Origin: Pirellulales bacterium
Lineage (GTDB): Bacteria > Planctomycetota > Planctomycetia > Pirellulales > JAICIG01
Assembly (NCBI GenBank): GCA_035547915.1
Contig: DASZTS010000072.1
Coordinates: forward strand, 72,023 to 136,022
Reading direction: 5' to 3'
DNA length: 64,000 nucleotides
Part shown: positions 39,144-49,099 of the stretch, piece by piece
Position numbering within the stretch: position 1 is the first letter of the stretch
Layout: every line of letters begins with the position of its first letter
Notes under the pieces: model-generated
What the model saw: only the letters and a program-made list of their open reading frames with translations
Database searches by the model: none
What the model was told of the DNA's origin: nothing
Position numbers and translations under genes: made by a program

Positions 39144-41204
39144 TCACGCCGCCGTTCGATTGGCGACCAGGCCCTCGAGTAGCAGAGCGGCGAGCACGAT
39201 CAGGGCCACCCAGTGCCACACTTCGCTTTCGATCATTTCGTTGCCCAGGCCGGCTTGCACGGCTGCCGCAGGCCGCGGTGCCTGGGTCGCATTGGCCTCC
39301 TTGAGGCCGAAGCGGTTCAAAAACTCTTCCGTCGGGCAACGCTCGGTTTCGCTTTCGCGCGGGCTGCTATTCACCACCAGTGAAAAGCCATCGCCCGCGA
39401 TGATGCCGGGAGCTGCGTCGACGGCGGCCTGGCCTTCGAGCACCACGCCGCGCACACGACCGCCGGCCGTCAGGCCCGTCTCATATCCGAGCAGTTGGTA
39501 GACGAGGGGCAAATAGAGCCGGCTGCGCGGCCAATCGCTCCACTCGCGGTCGCCGCTCGAGGTGAACCAGACGGTCGTGCCCTTGCCGAGTTTCCGCTCG
39601 ACGAGCGCGGGTCGGCCGTCGCGGAACGAGGCCAACACCTGGGCGTCCGCGGCGGGAGTTAGTTTGACGCAGGCCGAGAACGATAAACGGCGCAGGTCGC
39701 CCAACTGCGGGTCGCTGAAGGCGGCGAAGATCGGGTGCTTCACGTCCCACGTCTGTAACCGCAATGGCAGATCGGTCGTGGCTTCGATTCCGGTCAGGTC
39801 GCCGGGCGCCAGCCCCGCCTGTTTCAGGGCCGCCGTCCGTTCGGGCGTGACGTTCTCGCCGCAAAACACCACCAGCCCACCGCCGCCCTGTACAAATTGC
39901 GCCAATCGCTTCGCGTCGCGGGCTTCGAGGCCGCCGACATCGGCCAGCACGATGCAATCGAACCGGTCGAACTTGGCGGGCAGGTCGTCGGCAGAGGTTT
40001 GTGTCGGCTCGAAGGCCGTGGTCGGATCGAGCTCGCCGGGAGGCGCCAGCCTCAACGAAGCCTCCAGGAAATACGTGGCGGCCAGCCGGGGCGATGCAGC
40101 CGACCGCCCGTCCACGAGCAAGACCTGGTATGGTTTGGCGGCGAGCACTTCGACGTGACGATCGTTGTCGAGTGGCAGGTCGTCTTCGACCTCGACCAGC
40201 GCCTTCCCCTGCCAGGCGCCTTCGGCCAGCGGCGGCAGATCGAATCGCACCGACTCCGACGCGCCCGGGTCGATCTTCACCCGCTCGCGCAACTCGAGTT
40301 TTCGTTCCCCGGCGGCCAGCCGCAGCACCACCGACAGTTCTTCGGTACCGAACGGTCCGCCGTTGTGGACCGTGGCCTGTACCGAAGCCGGCTCGCCGGG
40401 ACGCACCCAGACACGATCGGCGCGGGCCTCGGTGACCGCGACGTTGTTCACGGCCGAGCGCCCCAGGTCGTGCAACGTCGTCACCACGTCGTCTTGCAGC
40501 GAGTCGACCTCGCTCCAGGCCAGCCCGCTGCGTTGCAGATCGGTGAAGATGTGTAGCTTTCGCGCTCCGGAGGGCGCCTTGGCCAGAACGTCGCGAGCCC
40601 AATCCATGGCTGCGCCGTAATCGGTGCCACCGAAGCAAGACGGCGGAGCCGCGAGAGCTGCCAGAAGCTCGGCGGTGGAGGCAGGCTCGGCGGTTTCCGG
40701 ACGAGGGGCCGGGGCGGCGTTCGGTGCGGGCGCACCACTGCGACGGTCGAACGCCGCGTTCGGTTCTCCTTGCGAGCCGAGCGGATGGACCGTGTGGTCG
40801 AAGAAGGCGATCTCGAAGCGGGCGTTGTCCGCCGCCCGCCCGACGAGCTCGCGCGTTTCGGTCACGGCTCGATCGACGAGGCGCACACCGTCTTGCTTGA
40901 GTTCCATCGTGGCCGAGCGGTCGATGAGGACGGCGATCGTCTCTTTGCCGCCTGCGGCATGAAACGCCCGCCAATACGGCCGCGCAAACAGCACGGCCAG
41001 CAATGCGACACAGGCGACGCGCAGGGCCAACAACAGCCAACGCATGACGCGCCGCCGGCTCGAGCTACGCTCAAGCACGACGCGCAGGAACCGCAACGTT
41101 CCCAGGTCGGCCCGCCGCGTCTTCTGGCGGAATACCAAGTGGATCACGATCGGGATCGCGATCGCCGCCAAAGCACTCAGGAATCCGAGCTGGATGAACG
41201 ACAT
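39144..41204 (-). CDS. BatA-type (aerotolerance-regulator N-terminal double-TM) vWA-like membrane protein
   Basis: MSFIQLGFLSALAAIAIPIVIHLVFRQKTRR..WLLLALRVACVALLAVLFARPYW is the N-terminal double TM. It also has IAVLIDRSATME, DDLPLDNDRH, a GGGLVVFCGENV segment and a C-terminal TM (WHWVALIVLAALLLEGLV). Confidence 0.8.
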   Translation of the reverse strand: MSFIQLGFLSALAAIAIPIVIHLVFRQKTRRADLGTLRFLRVVLERSSSRRRVMRWLLLALRVACVALLAVLFARPYWRAFHAAGGKETIAVLIDRSATMELKQDGVRLVDRAVTETRELVGRAADNARFEIAFFDHTVHPLGSQGEPNAAFDRRSGAPAPNAAPAPRPETAEPASTAELLAALAAPPSCFGGTDYGAAMDWARDVLAKAPSGARKLHIFTDLQRSGLAWSEVDSLQDDVVTTLHDLGRSAVNNVAVTEARADRVWVRPGEPASVQATVHNGGPFGTEELSVVLRLAAGERKLELRERVKIDPGASESVRFDLPPLAEGAWQGKALVEVEDDLPLDNDRHVEVLAAKPYQVLLVDGRSAASPRLAATYFLEASLRLAPPGELDPTTAFEPTQTSADDLPAKFDRFDCIVLADVGGLEARDAKRLAQFVQGGGGLVVFCGENVTPERTAALKQAGLAPGDLTGIEATTDLPLRLQTWDVKHPIFAAFSDPQLGDLRRLSFSACVKLTPAADAQVLASFRDGRPALVERKLGKGTTVWFTSSGDREWSDWPRSRLYLPLVYQLLGYETGLTAGGRVRGVVLEGQAAVDAAPGIIAGDGFSLVVNSSPRESETERCPTEEFLNRFGLKEANATQAPRPAAAVQAGLGNEMIESEVWHWVALIVLAALLLEGLVANRTAA

Positions 41205-41235
41205 GGAATTCTGGATGAATCGGTAAACGAATAAA

Positions 41236-42162
41236 CTAGCCGGCCTTCGAGCGGCGGACGAGGTAATCGAGCAGGGCCTGGTCGAGCGGTTCGTCCGTGA
41301 CGAGTTCCACGCGGTCGATGGCCCGGTTGCGGCACTCCAATTCGAGTTGCTCCCGCCACTCGTTCACCGCGTGCAGGTAATCGTCGCGCACACTCTCTGC
41401 CTGCGTCATCAGCACCTCTCCCGTCTCCAGGTCGTGGAAGCGGTAGTGCCCCTCGAGCGGCAGGTACCGTTCCCAGGGATCCCAGAGGTGGAACACGATC
41501 ACTTCGTGGTTGCGGAAGCGGAGCCGCTCGATGGCCTTCATCAGCGCGTCGAGATCGTCGAACAGATCACTCAGGATGACCACGATACCCCGGTGGTTGC
41601 ATAGTTCAGCCGCCTGTTGAAACGCGCGGCCGCTCTCGGCGGTGGGGCGAGCGGGGGTGCCTTCGATGACCCGCAGTATCTCCTGCAATTGATGCGTGCG
41701 GGCCTTGGGCGGCAGGTGGGCCACCACTTCGTCGGCCAGCAACACCAACCCCACGGCGTCGTGCTGTTTGAGCGCCAGATGGGCCAGCGCGGCGGCGAGC
41801 GCGGCGCCGTATTCGAGCTTGCTGATTCCCTTATTGCGGCAGTCCATCGACCCGCTGATGTCGAGCAGCAGGTAGAGGTTCATGTTCGTTTCGGCGTCGA
41901 ACTGCTTGACGTACAGGCGGCCCTGCCGCGCGAACAGCTTCCAGTTGACGTGCCGCAGATCGTCTCCCTGCGCATACTCGCGGTGCGAGGCGAACTCGAC
42001 GCTGAAACCGACGAACGGGCTGCGGTGCAGTCCGTGCATAAACCCTTCGACGATCCCCTTCGAGCGCAGCTCCAGGTTGTCGAGCCGCGAGAAGAAGGCC
42101 GGATCGACCAATTCTCGGCCGTCAGGTCGTCGCGAGTCAGGTTCTCGTGCGGTCGTGGGCAT
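41236..42162 (-). CDS. DUF58 family protein (vWA-like)
   Basis: GLHRSPFVGFSVEFASHREYAQGDDLRHVNWKLFARQGRLYVKQFDAETNMNLYLLLDISGSMD is the canonical DUF58 core. Its ATG lies 4 nt after the upstream gene stop. Confidence 0.9.
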   Translation of the reverse strand: MPTTAREPDSRRPDGRELVDPAFFSRLDNLELRSKGIVEGFMHGLHRSPFVGFSVEFASHREYAQGDDLRHVNWKLFARQGRLYVKQFDAETNMNLYLLLDISGSMDCRNKGISKLEYGAALAAALAHLALKQHDAVGLVLLADEVVAHLPPKARTHQLQEILRVIEGTPARPTAESGRAFQQAAELCNHRGIVVILSDLFDDLDALMKAIERLRFRNHEVIVFHLWDPWERYLPLEGHYRFHDLETGEVLMTQAESVRDDYLHAVNEWREQLELECRNRAIDRVELVTDEPLDQALLDYLVRRSKAG

Positions 42163-42166
42163 GGCT

Positions 42167-43138
42167 TCAGTTTGTCTTGGCGGGCGCTGCGGATGGCTTG
42201 GAATCGACGCCGAGACCCTCGTCGTCCAATTCTTCGCGCGGCGCGTAAAAGACGGTCCAAGTCGGAAACTCGTGAGCCGGAGGCAGGCAGAACTCGGCTT
42301 CCCACACCACGGTCTCGCGATACTTGAGCGTTACACCGCAAGTGGTCATACGGCCGACGGAATAATGCCAGATTAACTTGCCGTCGGCGGTGCGGGGTTC
42401 CAGCAGGATCAACACATCGGGATTCGTGCCGCTGGTAGTGAGTCCGAAGACGGCGCCCTGGAAGTCTTTCGTCCCAGGATCGGCATACTCGAAAATCGGC
42501 GCCGGAAGCAGGCGCATTTCTTCAGTCGTGTTCGGTCCGATGTCGGTCAGAATGCGCGCCGAGAAGTCGCGCACCAACTTGCGCGCCTCAAGCTTCCGCA
42601 TCGTGCTTGTCGCCGGTACCTTCGGAGCGTCGGAAAGGGGTTGAAAAACGACACCCGGCGAAGAGGAGCGGAATTCGCGACTATCGTCCCATTGAACCGT
42701 CAGCAGATCCTCGGCAACCGAAGTAAAGAGGGTGGCCCATTGGGGGCGTCCTCGCGCCATCGCTTCAATCTTCTGGAAACCGACAGGCCGGCCACGATCG
42801 GTCCAGACCCACATGGTGGCATCGAGGAAGCGCCGCGGCTGGTCGTCGTACCGGAAGACAGGCGAATCGACGAGATCTGGCAGACGATCGCTGTTTTGAT
42901 AGCGTACCACCGTCGCCTCGGCCAGTTGCCTCATTTGGCCAAGGAGTTGTCCTCGGCGCCGCTCGCGTTGTTCGTCCGAAGTTTCCGCGGGCCGCGCTGC
43001 GTCCACGGTCGATGCGGCCATTCCCGCAGCAAAAATGCCGAGCGCGAAAACCTTTCCGATCGTCGTACTATGAAATCCGACGGCCGAAGCGCGCCGGTCC
43101 TCGCTCACGAAACGTGCTTGTGCTCGCCCCGCGTTCAT
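42167..43138 (-). CDS. Unrecognised secreted protein family, member 3 of 5 (between MoxR and DUF58)
   Basis: The ATG overlaps the MoxR stop (ATGA). Hydrophobic segment IGKVFALGIFAAGMAASTVDAA. Family motifs: SPVFRYDDQP..ATMWVWTDRGRPVGF, RKLEARKLVRDF, EMRLLPAPIFEYADP, QGAVFGLTTSGTNPDVLILLEP and IWHYSVGR..RETVVWE. Confidence 0.85.
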   Translation of the reverse strand: MNAGRAQARFVSEDRRASAVGFHSTTIGKVFALGIFAAGMAASTVDAARPAETSDEQRERRRGQLLGQMRQLAEATVVRYQNSDRLPDLVDSPVFRYDDQPRRFLDATMWVWTDRGRPVGFQKIEAMARGRPQWATLFTSVAEDLLTVQWDDSREFRSSSPGVVFQPLSDAPKVPATSTMRKLEARKLVRDFSARILTDIGPNTTEEMRLLPAPIFEYADPGTKDFQGAVFGLTTSGTNPDVLILLEPRTADGKLIWHYSVGRMTTCGVTLKYRETVVWEAEFCLPPAHEFPTWTVFYAPREELDDEGLGVDSKPSAAPAKTN

Positions 43139-44214
43139 GCCTTCTCCTCGACCGGCACGGCCTTCAACAGCCGCTCGACCAGCCCATCGGCATCGAGATT
43201 ATCGGCCCGGGCGTGGAAGTTGAGCACGAGCCGGTGCCGTAGCACGGGTGCGGCCATGGCTTGAATATCCGCGAAGTCGACATGGTACTTGCCCGACAGG
43301 ATGGCTCGCCCCTTGGCGCCCAGCACCAAGAATTGCGAGGCGCGAGGGCTAGCGCCGTACGCCAGGTATTTATGGATGGCGGCCAGTCCCGGCGAGCCCG
43401 CCGAGGCGCCAGGAGCACCGTCGGGCCGCGTGGCCGCCACCAGCCGGGCCGTGTAACGTACCACGCCGTCGGCAATGGGCACGCCCCGCACCAGCTCTTG
43501 TAGCCGCAGCACCTCCTCGGCCGCCAACACCTTGTCGGCTTGCATCGCCAGAGTGCTCGTCGTCCCCTTGATGATCTGCACCTCTTCGTCGACCGTCGGG
43601 TACTTGACCTTGAGGTTGAACATGAAGCGGTCCAACTGTGCCTCGGGGAGCGGATAGGTCCCCTCCATCTCGATCGGATTCTGTGTGGCCACCACGAAGA
43701 ACGGCGGCTTGAGCCGATAGGTCTCGCGGCCGACCGAAACCTCACCTTCTTGCATGGCTTGGAGCAGGGCCGCCTGCGTCTTAGGCGGCGTGCGGTTGAT
43801 TTCGTCGGCCAGCAGAAAGTTCGTGAACACCGGACCGGGCACGAACGAGACCCGATGCTTGCCCGTCGCCTGGTCTTCTTCCATCACGTCGGTGCCCGTG
43901 ATATCCGCGGGCATCAGGTCGGGCGTGAACTGCACGCGGCGGAACTCCATGTCGAGCGTCCGCGCCAGGGTGCGGGCCATGAGCGTCTTGCCCAAACCCG
44001 GTACGCCGTGCAGCAGCACGTGCCCGCGGCAGAGCAGGCCGATCAACAGCGAGTCGATGATCTCGTGTTGGCCGATCACGACCTTGCCCATCTCTTGCTT
44101 CACGCGATCGCGCGCTTCGCGCAGGCGGGCGATGACGGCCAGATCGTCGGCGCCGTTTTCCGACGGGGTGGCGGGTAGCTTGACCGTGCTCATAAATGCT
44201 CCGCGTTCGCTCAT
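43135..44214 (-). CDS. moxR: MoxR-family AAA+ ATPase
   Basis: Contains VIGQHEIIDSLLIGLLCRGHVLLHGVPGLGKTLMARTLARTL (Walker A), LLADEINRTPPKTQAALLQAMQE and VVATQNPIEMEGTYPLPEAQLDRF. GGAG lies 6 nt upstream of the ATG at 44214. Confidence 0.93.
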   Translation of the reverse strand: MSERGAFMSTVKLPATPSENGADDLAVIARLREARDRVKQEMGKVVIGQHEIIDSLLIGLLCRGHVLLHGVPGLGKTLMARTLARTLDMEFRRVQFTPDLMPADITGTDVMEEDQATGKHRVSFVPGPVFTNFLLADEINRTPPKTQAALLQAMQEGEVSVGRETYRLKPPFFVVATQNPIEMEGTYPLPEAQLDRFMFNLKVKYPTVDEEVQIIKGTTSTLAMQADKVLAAEEVLRLQELVRGVPIADGVVRYTARLVAATRPDGAPGASAGSPGLAAIHKYLAYGASPRASQFLVLGAKGRAILSGKYHVDFADIQAMAAPVLRHRLVLNFHARADNLDADGLVERLLKAVPVEEKA

Positions 44215-44364
44215 GGGTGCTCCGGATTCGTCGTCGTTCTCACGCGTGGTAGGTATAGGTTGATTCGACGCAAGATAGGGAGAGAGGGGAGAAGGAGCGG
44301 GGGGAATTGGTCGTCGTCTCCCTCCGCCGTTCTCCCCCCTCAGGAGCGTCTTGCAGCGCGCGCG

Positions 44365-46008
44365 TCATCGGGCCTTCTCCGCTTCCTTGGGATCGACCAG
44401 GCCGTCGGCGTCGCGATCGAGCCGGTGAAACACTTCGCGCGGACCCAGAAACTCGTTCCAAGTCAGGTCGCCGTCGTTGTTGCGATCCATTCGTTGAAAC
44501 CAGATCGGGCCGGTCTGCCGCCGTTGCTGGAAGGCCGGCGTCTGGGCGGTGAGCTGTTCGCTGGGACCGAAGAGCTGGTAGCTGCCGCGCACGAATTCGA
44601 TGTGAAAATGACGGACCGGCTCCTTCTCGCCGATGCCGGGGCGGCGGTCGCGATCGAGCTGGGCGAGAGCCGACGGCGCATGGCGCAGTTCGCGCACCGA
44701 GACGCGCCCGTCGGCGTTGGCATCGAGCGCCATGAAGAACCCATAGCCCGTGTCGTACACGTTCACGCGGCAGGTCGTGGCCGCGGGTTCGCTGCGCGCG
44801 GCCACGTATTGCTTCATCTCGTCGGCAAACACCTTGTCGTCGCCGTCGGCATCCATCAGCTCGAACAGCCCGCGCTCGAAGCGGATGCGCTCGGCCGTTT
44901 CGTCCCGCTCGAGGTAACCGTTGGCGTCCACGTCGAGCAGATTGAATTGCCGCATGGCGTTTTCGACCGCCGAGGCGATCGGATCGAGATTGCGATGCGA
45001 GAAGGTGACCACGGCGGCGGAAAATGCCACCTTGGCATAGTCGGCCCGCTCCGACCCATCGAGCCGTTGGCCGGTGGTCGCCAGCACGCCGATCGTGCCG
45101 CCCCCCGCCTCGCTCGGCTTCAGGTCGGCCGACAGATCGATATCGGGCACCGCCCCGCCGATGGCCGCCAACTCCTGCGCGTTCAGCTTCTGGTTCTTGT
45201 CCTGATCGAGAGCGGCCACCCGGTCGGCAGACCAATTCAGTTCGGCCGCGCTCAGCGCGAGATCACGATTACGATCGTACTTGGCCAACAACCGCCGTGC
45301 GAGCAGCGGCTCGCGGGCGTCACGCACGATGTCTGCCACCGTGGCCGTCGGGGGCGGCGTCCGCATCGCGAGGCCGACGAGCATCTGGTTCGGATCGGGC
45401 TGGGTCGCGGGAAAGAACTCTTCGAAACTGACGCATTCGTCACCGTCGTCGTCCTTCAACAAGACGAGATCGGACGAGGCGTCGAGTTCTTTCTGGTCGA
45501 GCAGGCCGTTGGTGTCCGTGTCGAGCAGCTTGAACACCTCCAGGTCGTTCTTCGACGAACTGAGGTCCTGTCGGTAAGCAACCGGTTCGCCGCCCAATCG
45601 TTCGACGGTGCGATCGACGTCGCGCGATGAAAGAATGGCCGGCCCTCCCAGACCTTGCAAGAATTTCTCTGCGCCCGGACGGCTCTTCACCCGCAAGATG
45701 GGCGACTTACCGGCTTCTTCCCGCGACAGCTTGCCGTCGTGGTTCGCGTCGAGTGAGGCGATCAGCCGGTCCACATATTGCCGCCGTGCTTCGGCCAACG
45801 AGACGCTCGCCAGCGAAACGTGTACCCGCAGGTGCAGTGGCCCACCGTCGAGCAACAGCAGCACGTCGCGACGGTCTCCCGCATCGGCAGGATCTGCCAC
45901 GGCTGCGGGCCGGCCGCGCGCAGCGTCCACGTTCGCCTTGGCCACCGCCGTGGGAGGGCCGTCGGCCGCGAGGACGCCGAGTGCGAGGATCAAGGAAGGT
46001 GAGATCAC
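44365..46008 (-). CDS. Secreted EF-hand repeat protein (about 10 DxDxDG-type Ca-binding loops)
   Basis: Loops include DANHDGKLSREE, DTDTNGLLDQKE, DDDGDECVSFEE, DQDKNQKLNAQE, DVDANGYLERDE, DADGDDKVFADE, DANADGRVSVRE, DRNNDGDLTWNE and DRDADGLVDPKE. GTG start, 19 nt after the DUF1501 stop. Confidence 0.8.
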   Translation of the reverse strand: MISPSLILALGVLAADGPPTAVAKANVDAARGRPAAVADPADAGDRRDVLLLLDGGPLHLRVHVSLASVSLAEARRQYVDRLIASLDANHDGKLSREEAGKSPILRVKSRPGAEKFLQGLGGPAILSSRDVDRTVERLGGEPVAYRQDLSSSKNDLEVFKLLDTDTNGLLDQKELDASSDLVLLKDDDGDECVSFEEFFPATQPDPNQMLVGLAMRTPPPTATVADIVRDAREPLLARRLLAKYDRNRDLALSAAELNWSADRVAALDQDKNQKLNAQELAAIGGAVPDIDLSADLKPSEAGGGTIGVLATTGQRLDGSERADYAKVAFSAAVVTFSHRNLDPIASAVENAMRQFNLLDVDANGYLERDETAERIRFERGLFELMDADGDDKVFADEMKQYVAARSEPAATTCRVNVYDTGYGFFMALDANADGRVSVRELRHAPSALAQLDRDRRPGIGEKEPVRHFHIEFVRGSYQLFGPSEQLTAQTPAFQQRRQTGPIWFQRMDRNNDGDLTWNEFLGPREVFHRLDRDADGLVDPKEAEKAR

Positions 46009-46027
46009 GTATCTGCCGGCGGCACCC

Positions 46028-47410
46028 CTAACCTACAAGCTCCTTGAGCGGCATCCCGCCACGGTCGACGAGCGGAATGGGCCGCCCCTCAGGCGAAATG
46101 TTCTCTTTCGTATAGTCGACGCCGAGCGCCGTGCAGATCGTGGCGTACAGGTCGGCGACCGTTGCGGGACGATCGGCCACTTCCATGCCGTCGGGGCTGG
46201 TCTTGCCGAGTACCTGGCCGCCACGAATGCCGGCCCCGCCGAGGACCACACTCCACGCGATCGGAAAATGGTCGCGGCCGCCGTTGGGGTTGATCTTGGG
46301 CGTGCGGCCGAATTCTCCCATCCACACCACCAACGTCGATTCGAGCAATCCCCGCTCGCGCAGATCGGTGAGAAGCGTGGACCAAGCCGGATCGAGAACC
46401 TGCGAGAGGGCTTTGACCTGGGTGAAATTGTCGGCGTGCGTGTCCCACCCGGCCACGTTACCCGGCGCGCCGGCCAGCGCCACTTCGACGAACGCTACCC
46501 CGCGCTCCACCAGCCGGCGTGCGAGCAAGCATCCCTGGCCGAAACGGTTGCGCCCGTAGGCATCGCGCAGCTCGGTCGGTTCCTCGTCGAGCTGAAACGC
46601 CTTGCGCCCTTGTGACTCGACCATGCGGATCGCCTTGGCGTAGCTCGCGCGGTGCGCCTTGACGGCATCGGCCTTGTCAGACTTGTCGAATTCGCGCTCC
46701 ATGAACCGCAGGATGTCGAACTGTTGCTGGAGCGTCTGGTCCCCCCGATCGCCCGGCGGAGCCAAGTCCTCGAGCGCCAGATTGGCCCGTGTGTTGGGGT
46801 CGTCGCTCGCGCCCGAGACGGTGAGCGGCGCGTAGTTCGGCCCCAGGAAGCCGGCGTCGACCATGCGAAACGGTGACAGGCTGATGAAATTGGGGAGATC
46901 GCTCTCGTCGTTCCCCAATTCCTTGGCCATGAGCGAACCGAGCGAAGGATAGCGCACGCCGGCCTGCCGCGCCGGATAACCGGTCATCATGAGCTGCGTG
47001 GCCAGGCCGTGCTCGCCCTCCTTCGTCGACAGGCTGCGGATCACGGCCAGATCCTTCATCTGCCGAGCGACACCGGGGAGATGCTGGCTGATCTTCACGC
47101 CTTGCGCCGCGGTGGCGATCTCTTCGAACGGGCCGCCGTTGGCGTGGCCGCGCTTCAAATCGAACGTGTCGGTCTGACTCGGACCACCGCTCATCCAGAG
47201 CAGGATGCACGACTTGCCCTGCTTAGCCGCCTGCTGGCCGGCTGCGGCGGCCAGACGGGGCAGCCAACTGCTGAATGAGACGCCCAGTGTGCCGGCCAAT
47301 CCCCAGCGGAGCCACTCGCGACGCGAAAACGGCGCCGAAAAGGCTCCTCGATCGGCATAGCCGTCGGGATGGCAGAGCGGAACGCATAGGCGTGAGGTTG
47401 GCTTGGTCAT
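46028..47410 (-). CDS. DUF1501 family protein (sulfatase-like, Tat-type signal)
   Basis: Contains FSRREWLRWGLAGTLGV, CILLWMSGGPSQTDTFDLK, WDTHADNF, VVWMGEFGRTPKIN and GGRDHF. Confidence 0.88.
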   Translation of the reverse strand: MTKPTSRLCVPLCHPDGYADRGAFSAPFSRREWLRWGLAGTLGVSFSSWLPRLAAAAGQQAAKQGKSCILLWMSGGPSQTDTFDLKRGHANGGPFEEIATAAQGVKISQHLPGVARQMKDLAVIRSLSTKEGEHGLATQLMMTGYPARQAGVRYPSLGSLMAKELGNDESDLPNFISLSPFRMVDAGFLGPNYAPLTVSGASDDPNTRANLALEDLAPPGDRGDQTLQQQFDILRFMEREFDKSDKADAVKAHRASYAKAIRMVESQGRKAFQLDEEPTELRDAYGRNRFGQGCLLARRLVERGVAFVEVALAGAPGNVAGWDTHADNFTQVKALSQVLDPAWSTLLTDLRERGLLESTLVVWMGEFGRTPKINPNGGRDHFPIAWSVVLGGAGIRGGQVLGKTSPDGMEVADRPATVADLYATICTALGVDYTKENISPEGRPIPLVDRGGMPLKELVG

Positions 47411-47443
47411 CGTCTTACTCCTTTGCCTGGTGGGAGGCGCGTG

Positions 47444-49099
47444 TCACCGACTAAGGACAAACTCGGGGCTGTTGATGAGTCCCCATAGAATCTGTGCGTA
47501 GGCCTGCTTCTGTGCCGCTTCGCCCGACTGTTGCCGGACGTGATTCAACAGGTAGGTCATTTCGTCTTCCGTCGGCCGCCGCGTGAGCGCGGCCAGATAG
47601 AGCGTGGCGATTTTTTCTTCGGTCGATAGGAACGGCGCTTCGACCACGGCCCGCAGCGTGCGGCTCGACTCCAGGTTGGTCGCATCGGCGGTCAGCTTGC
47701 CGTTCATCAGCATCAACGCCTGCGGAATGCCGCCCTTGTAATCGACGGGCGTCTCGGGGGCCGACTCGTTCAGGCGGGCCACGAACTGCGCCCGTTCGCC
47801 GTTGAAACGCGGGCCGTTGTCGGCCTTGGCGATGGGCAGTCCGAGCGCTTGTTCCAGCGAATCGAACACCTGCTCGGGCAACAACGTTTTCAGCGGACGA
47901 TGAGTAAACTGCTCCTCGTCGGCCGACTCCGGACGGCAGGCCTGCTGATAGGTGCGGCTCTGGCAGATGCCCATCGTCAGCCAGCGCAGATCGTAGCCCG
48001 ACTGGACGAACAGTTTCGCCAGGTCGTCGAGCACGCGACGTTCGCCCATCGGCACGCGATCGAGGTCGTCGACCGAACCGGCCAGGCCTCGCCCGCACAG
48101 ATATTGCCACACGCGGTTGACCGCCGTCGCGGCAAAATTCGGATTCTCGGGCGAGGTCATCCAGTCGGCGAGCAGTTCGCGCTGCGACTTGCCGGCGGGG
48201 ATTTCTTTGAGCGGGCTGTCCGACCAGAGAAGCTTGGCCGTGTAGGTCAGCCCCAGGTTGCTGTCGGCCACGATCGTCGGCGCGGGGCGAGCCTCGGCCG
48301 GTGTCGCGCCCTCGGCGGTGAGCAAGGCCGCCACGCCCCAGAAGTCACCCCGCTTCCATTCGGTGAAGGGATGGTCGTGGCACTGGGCGCAGTTCAGCCG
48401 CACGCCCAAGAAGACCCGCACGTAGGCGCTGGCCAGGTTCTCGGGAACCGGGCCCACCGCCTGCTGGAAGATAGCGGCGGCCGCGTCGGGATCGGCGTTG
48501 CTCTGATTCGTCGGCACGATGCCGAGCGCCGGCTGCGGCGGCGAAACGAGCACCAATTTGCGGGCTACCTGGTCGTACGGAGTATTGGCGACGAACTGCT
48601 GAGCCAGCCACGGCTCGAGCTGCACAGCCATGCCGGCACCCGGCGCGCTGGCCGGCACCATCATCCGCCGCCAGACGCGCGACAGGTTGTCTGCCGTGTG
48701 CTGCGCGAAGCGATCGGGACGCTCGTTGGCATTCACGAGCCGCTCGACATGATTCTGCCGCTTGAGCGTGCTCTGGTCGGCCACGAAGTCGCGCACCTGG
48801 GCGACCGTCGGAATCCGCCCCAGCAGGTCGAGCGACAACCGACGCAGAAAGGTCGCATCGTCGACGAGAGACGCCGGCCGCTCACCCGACGCCGCGTACT
48901 CTTGCGCGAAGCGAGCGTCGATCCACTCGGCCAGTTCCTGCGAAGAGATCTTTTTCACCGGTCCGCGCGGCTGCTCCGCCGGTACGCTGGGTCGGACGCC
49001 CCCCGGAGCGGCCGGCGTGTCCGCTTGGGCCACACACACCGCACCCAGCCCTAGAACGATCGCGACTGCGAACAATTGGGAACGGGCCATCGAGCTCAC
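47444..49099 (-). CDS. DUF1549/DUF1553 (PSD1-like) protein
   Basis: Contains DDATFLRRLSLDLLGRIPTVAQVRDF, LNCAQCHDHPFTEWKRGDFWG, NRVWQYLCGRGL, and the C-terminus LWGLINSPEFVLSR. It is the usual partner of DUF1501. Confidence 0.88.
   Translation of the reverse strand: MSSMARSQLFAVAIVLGLGAVCVAQADTPAAPGGVRPSVPAEQPRGPVKKISSQELAEWIDARFAQEYAASGERPASLVDDATFLRRLSLDLLGRIPTVAQVRDFVADQSTLKRQNHVERLVNANERPDRFAQHTADNLSRVWRRMMVPASAPGAGMAVQLEPWLAQQFVANTPYDQVARKLVLVSPPQPALGIVPTNQSNADPDAAAAIFQQAVGPVPENLASAYVRVFLGVRLNCAQCHDHPFTEWKRGDFWGVAALLTAEGATPAEARPAPTIVADSNLGLTYTAKLLWSDSPLKEIPAGKSQRELLADWMTSPENPNFAATAVNRVWQYLCGRGLAGSVDDLDRVPMGERRVLDDLAKLFVQSGYDLRWLTMGICQSRTYQQACRPESADEEQFTHRPLKTLLPEQVFDSLEQALGLPIAKADNGPRFNGERAQFVARLNESAPETPVDYKGGIPQALMLMNGKLTADATNLESSRTLRAVVEAPFLSTEEKIATLYLAALTRRPTEDEMTYLLNHVRQQSGEAAQKQAYAQILWGLINSPEFVLSR

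Noticed and set aside
44277-44335. 27-nt pure purine tract (GGGAGAGAGGGGAGAAGGAGCGGGGGG) followed by a pyrimidine-rich tract upstream of moxR
   Set aside because: The two tracts are parallel-complementary, not reverse-complementary, so they do not form a hairpin. I saw no mirror symmetry that would support H-DNA. I left this as a compositional oddity only.
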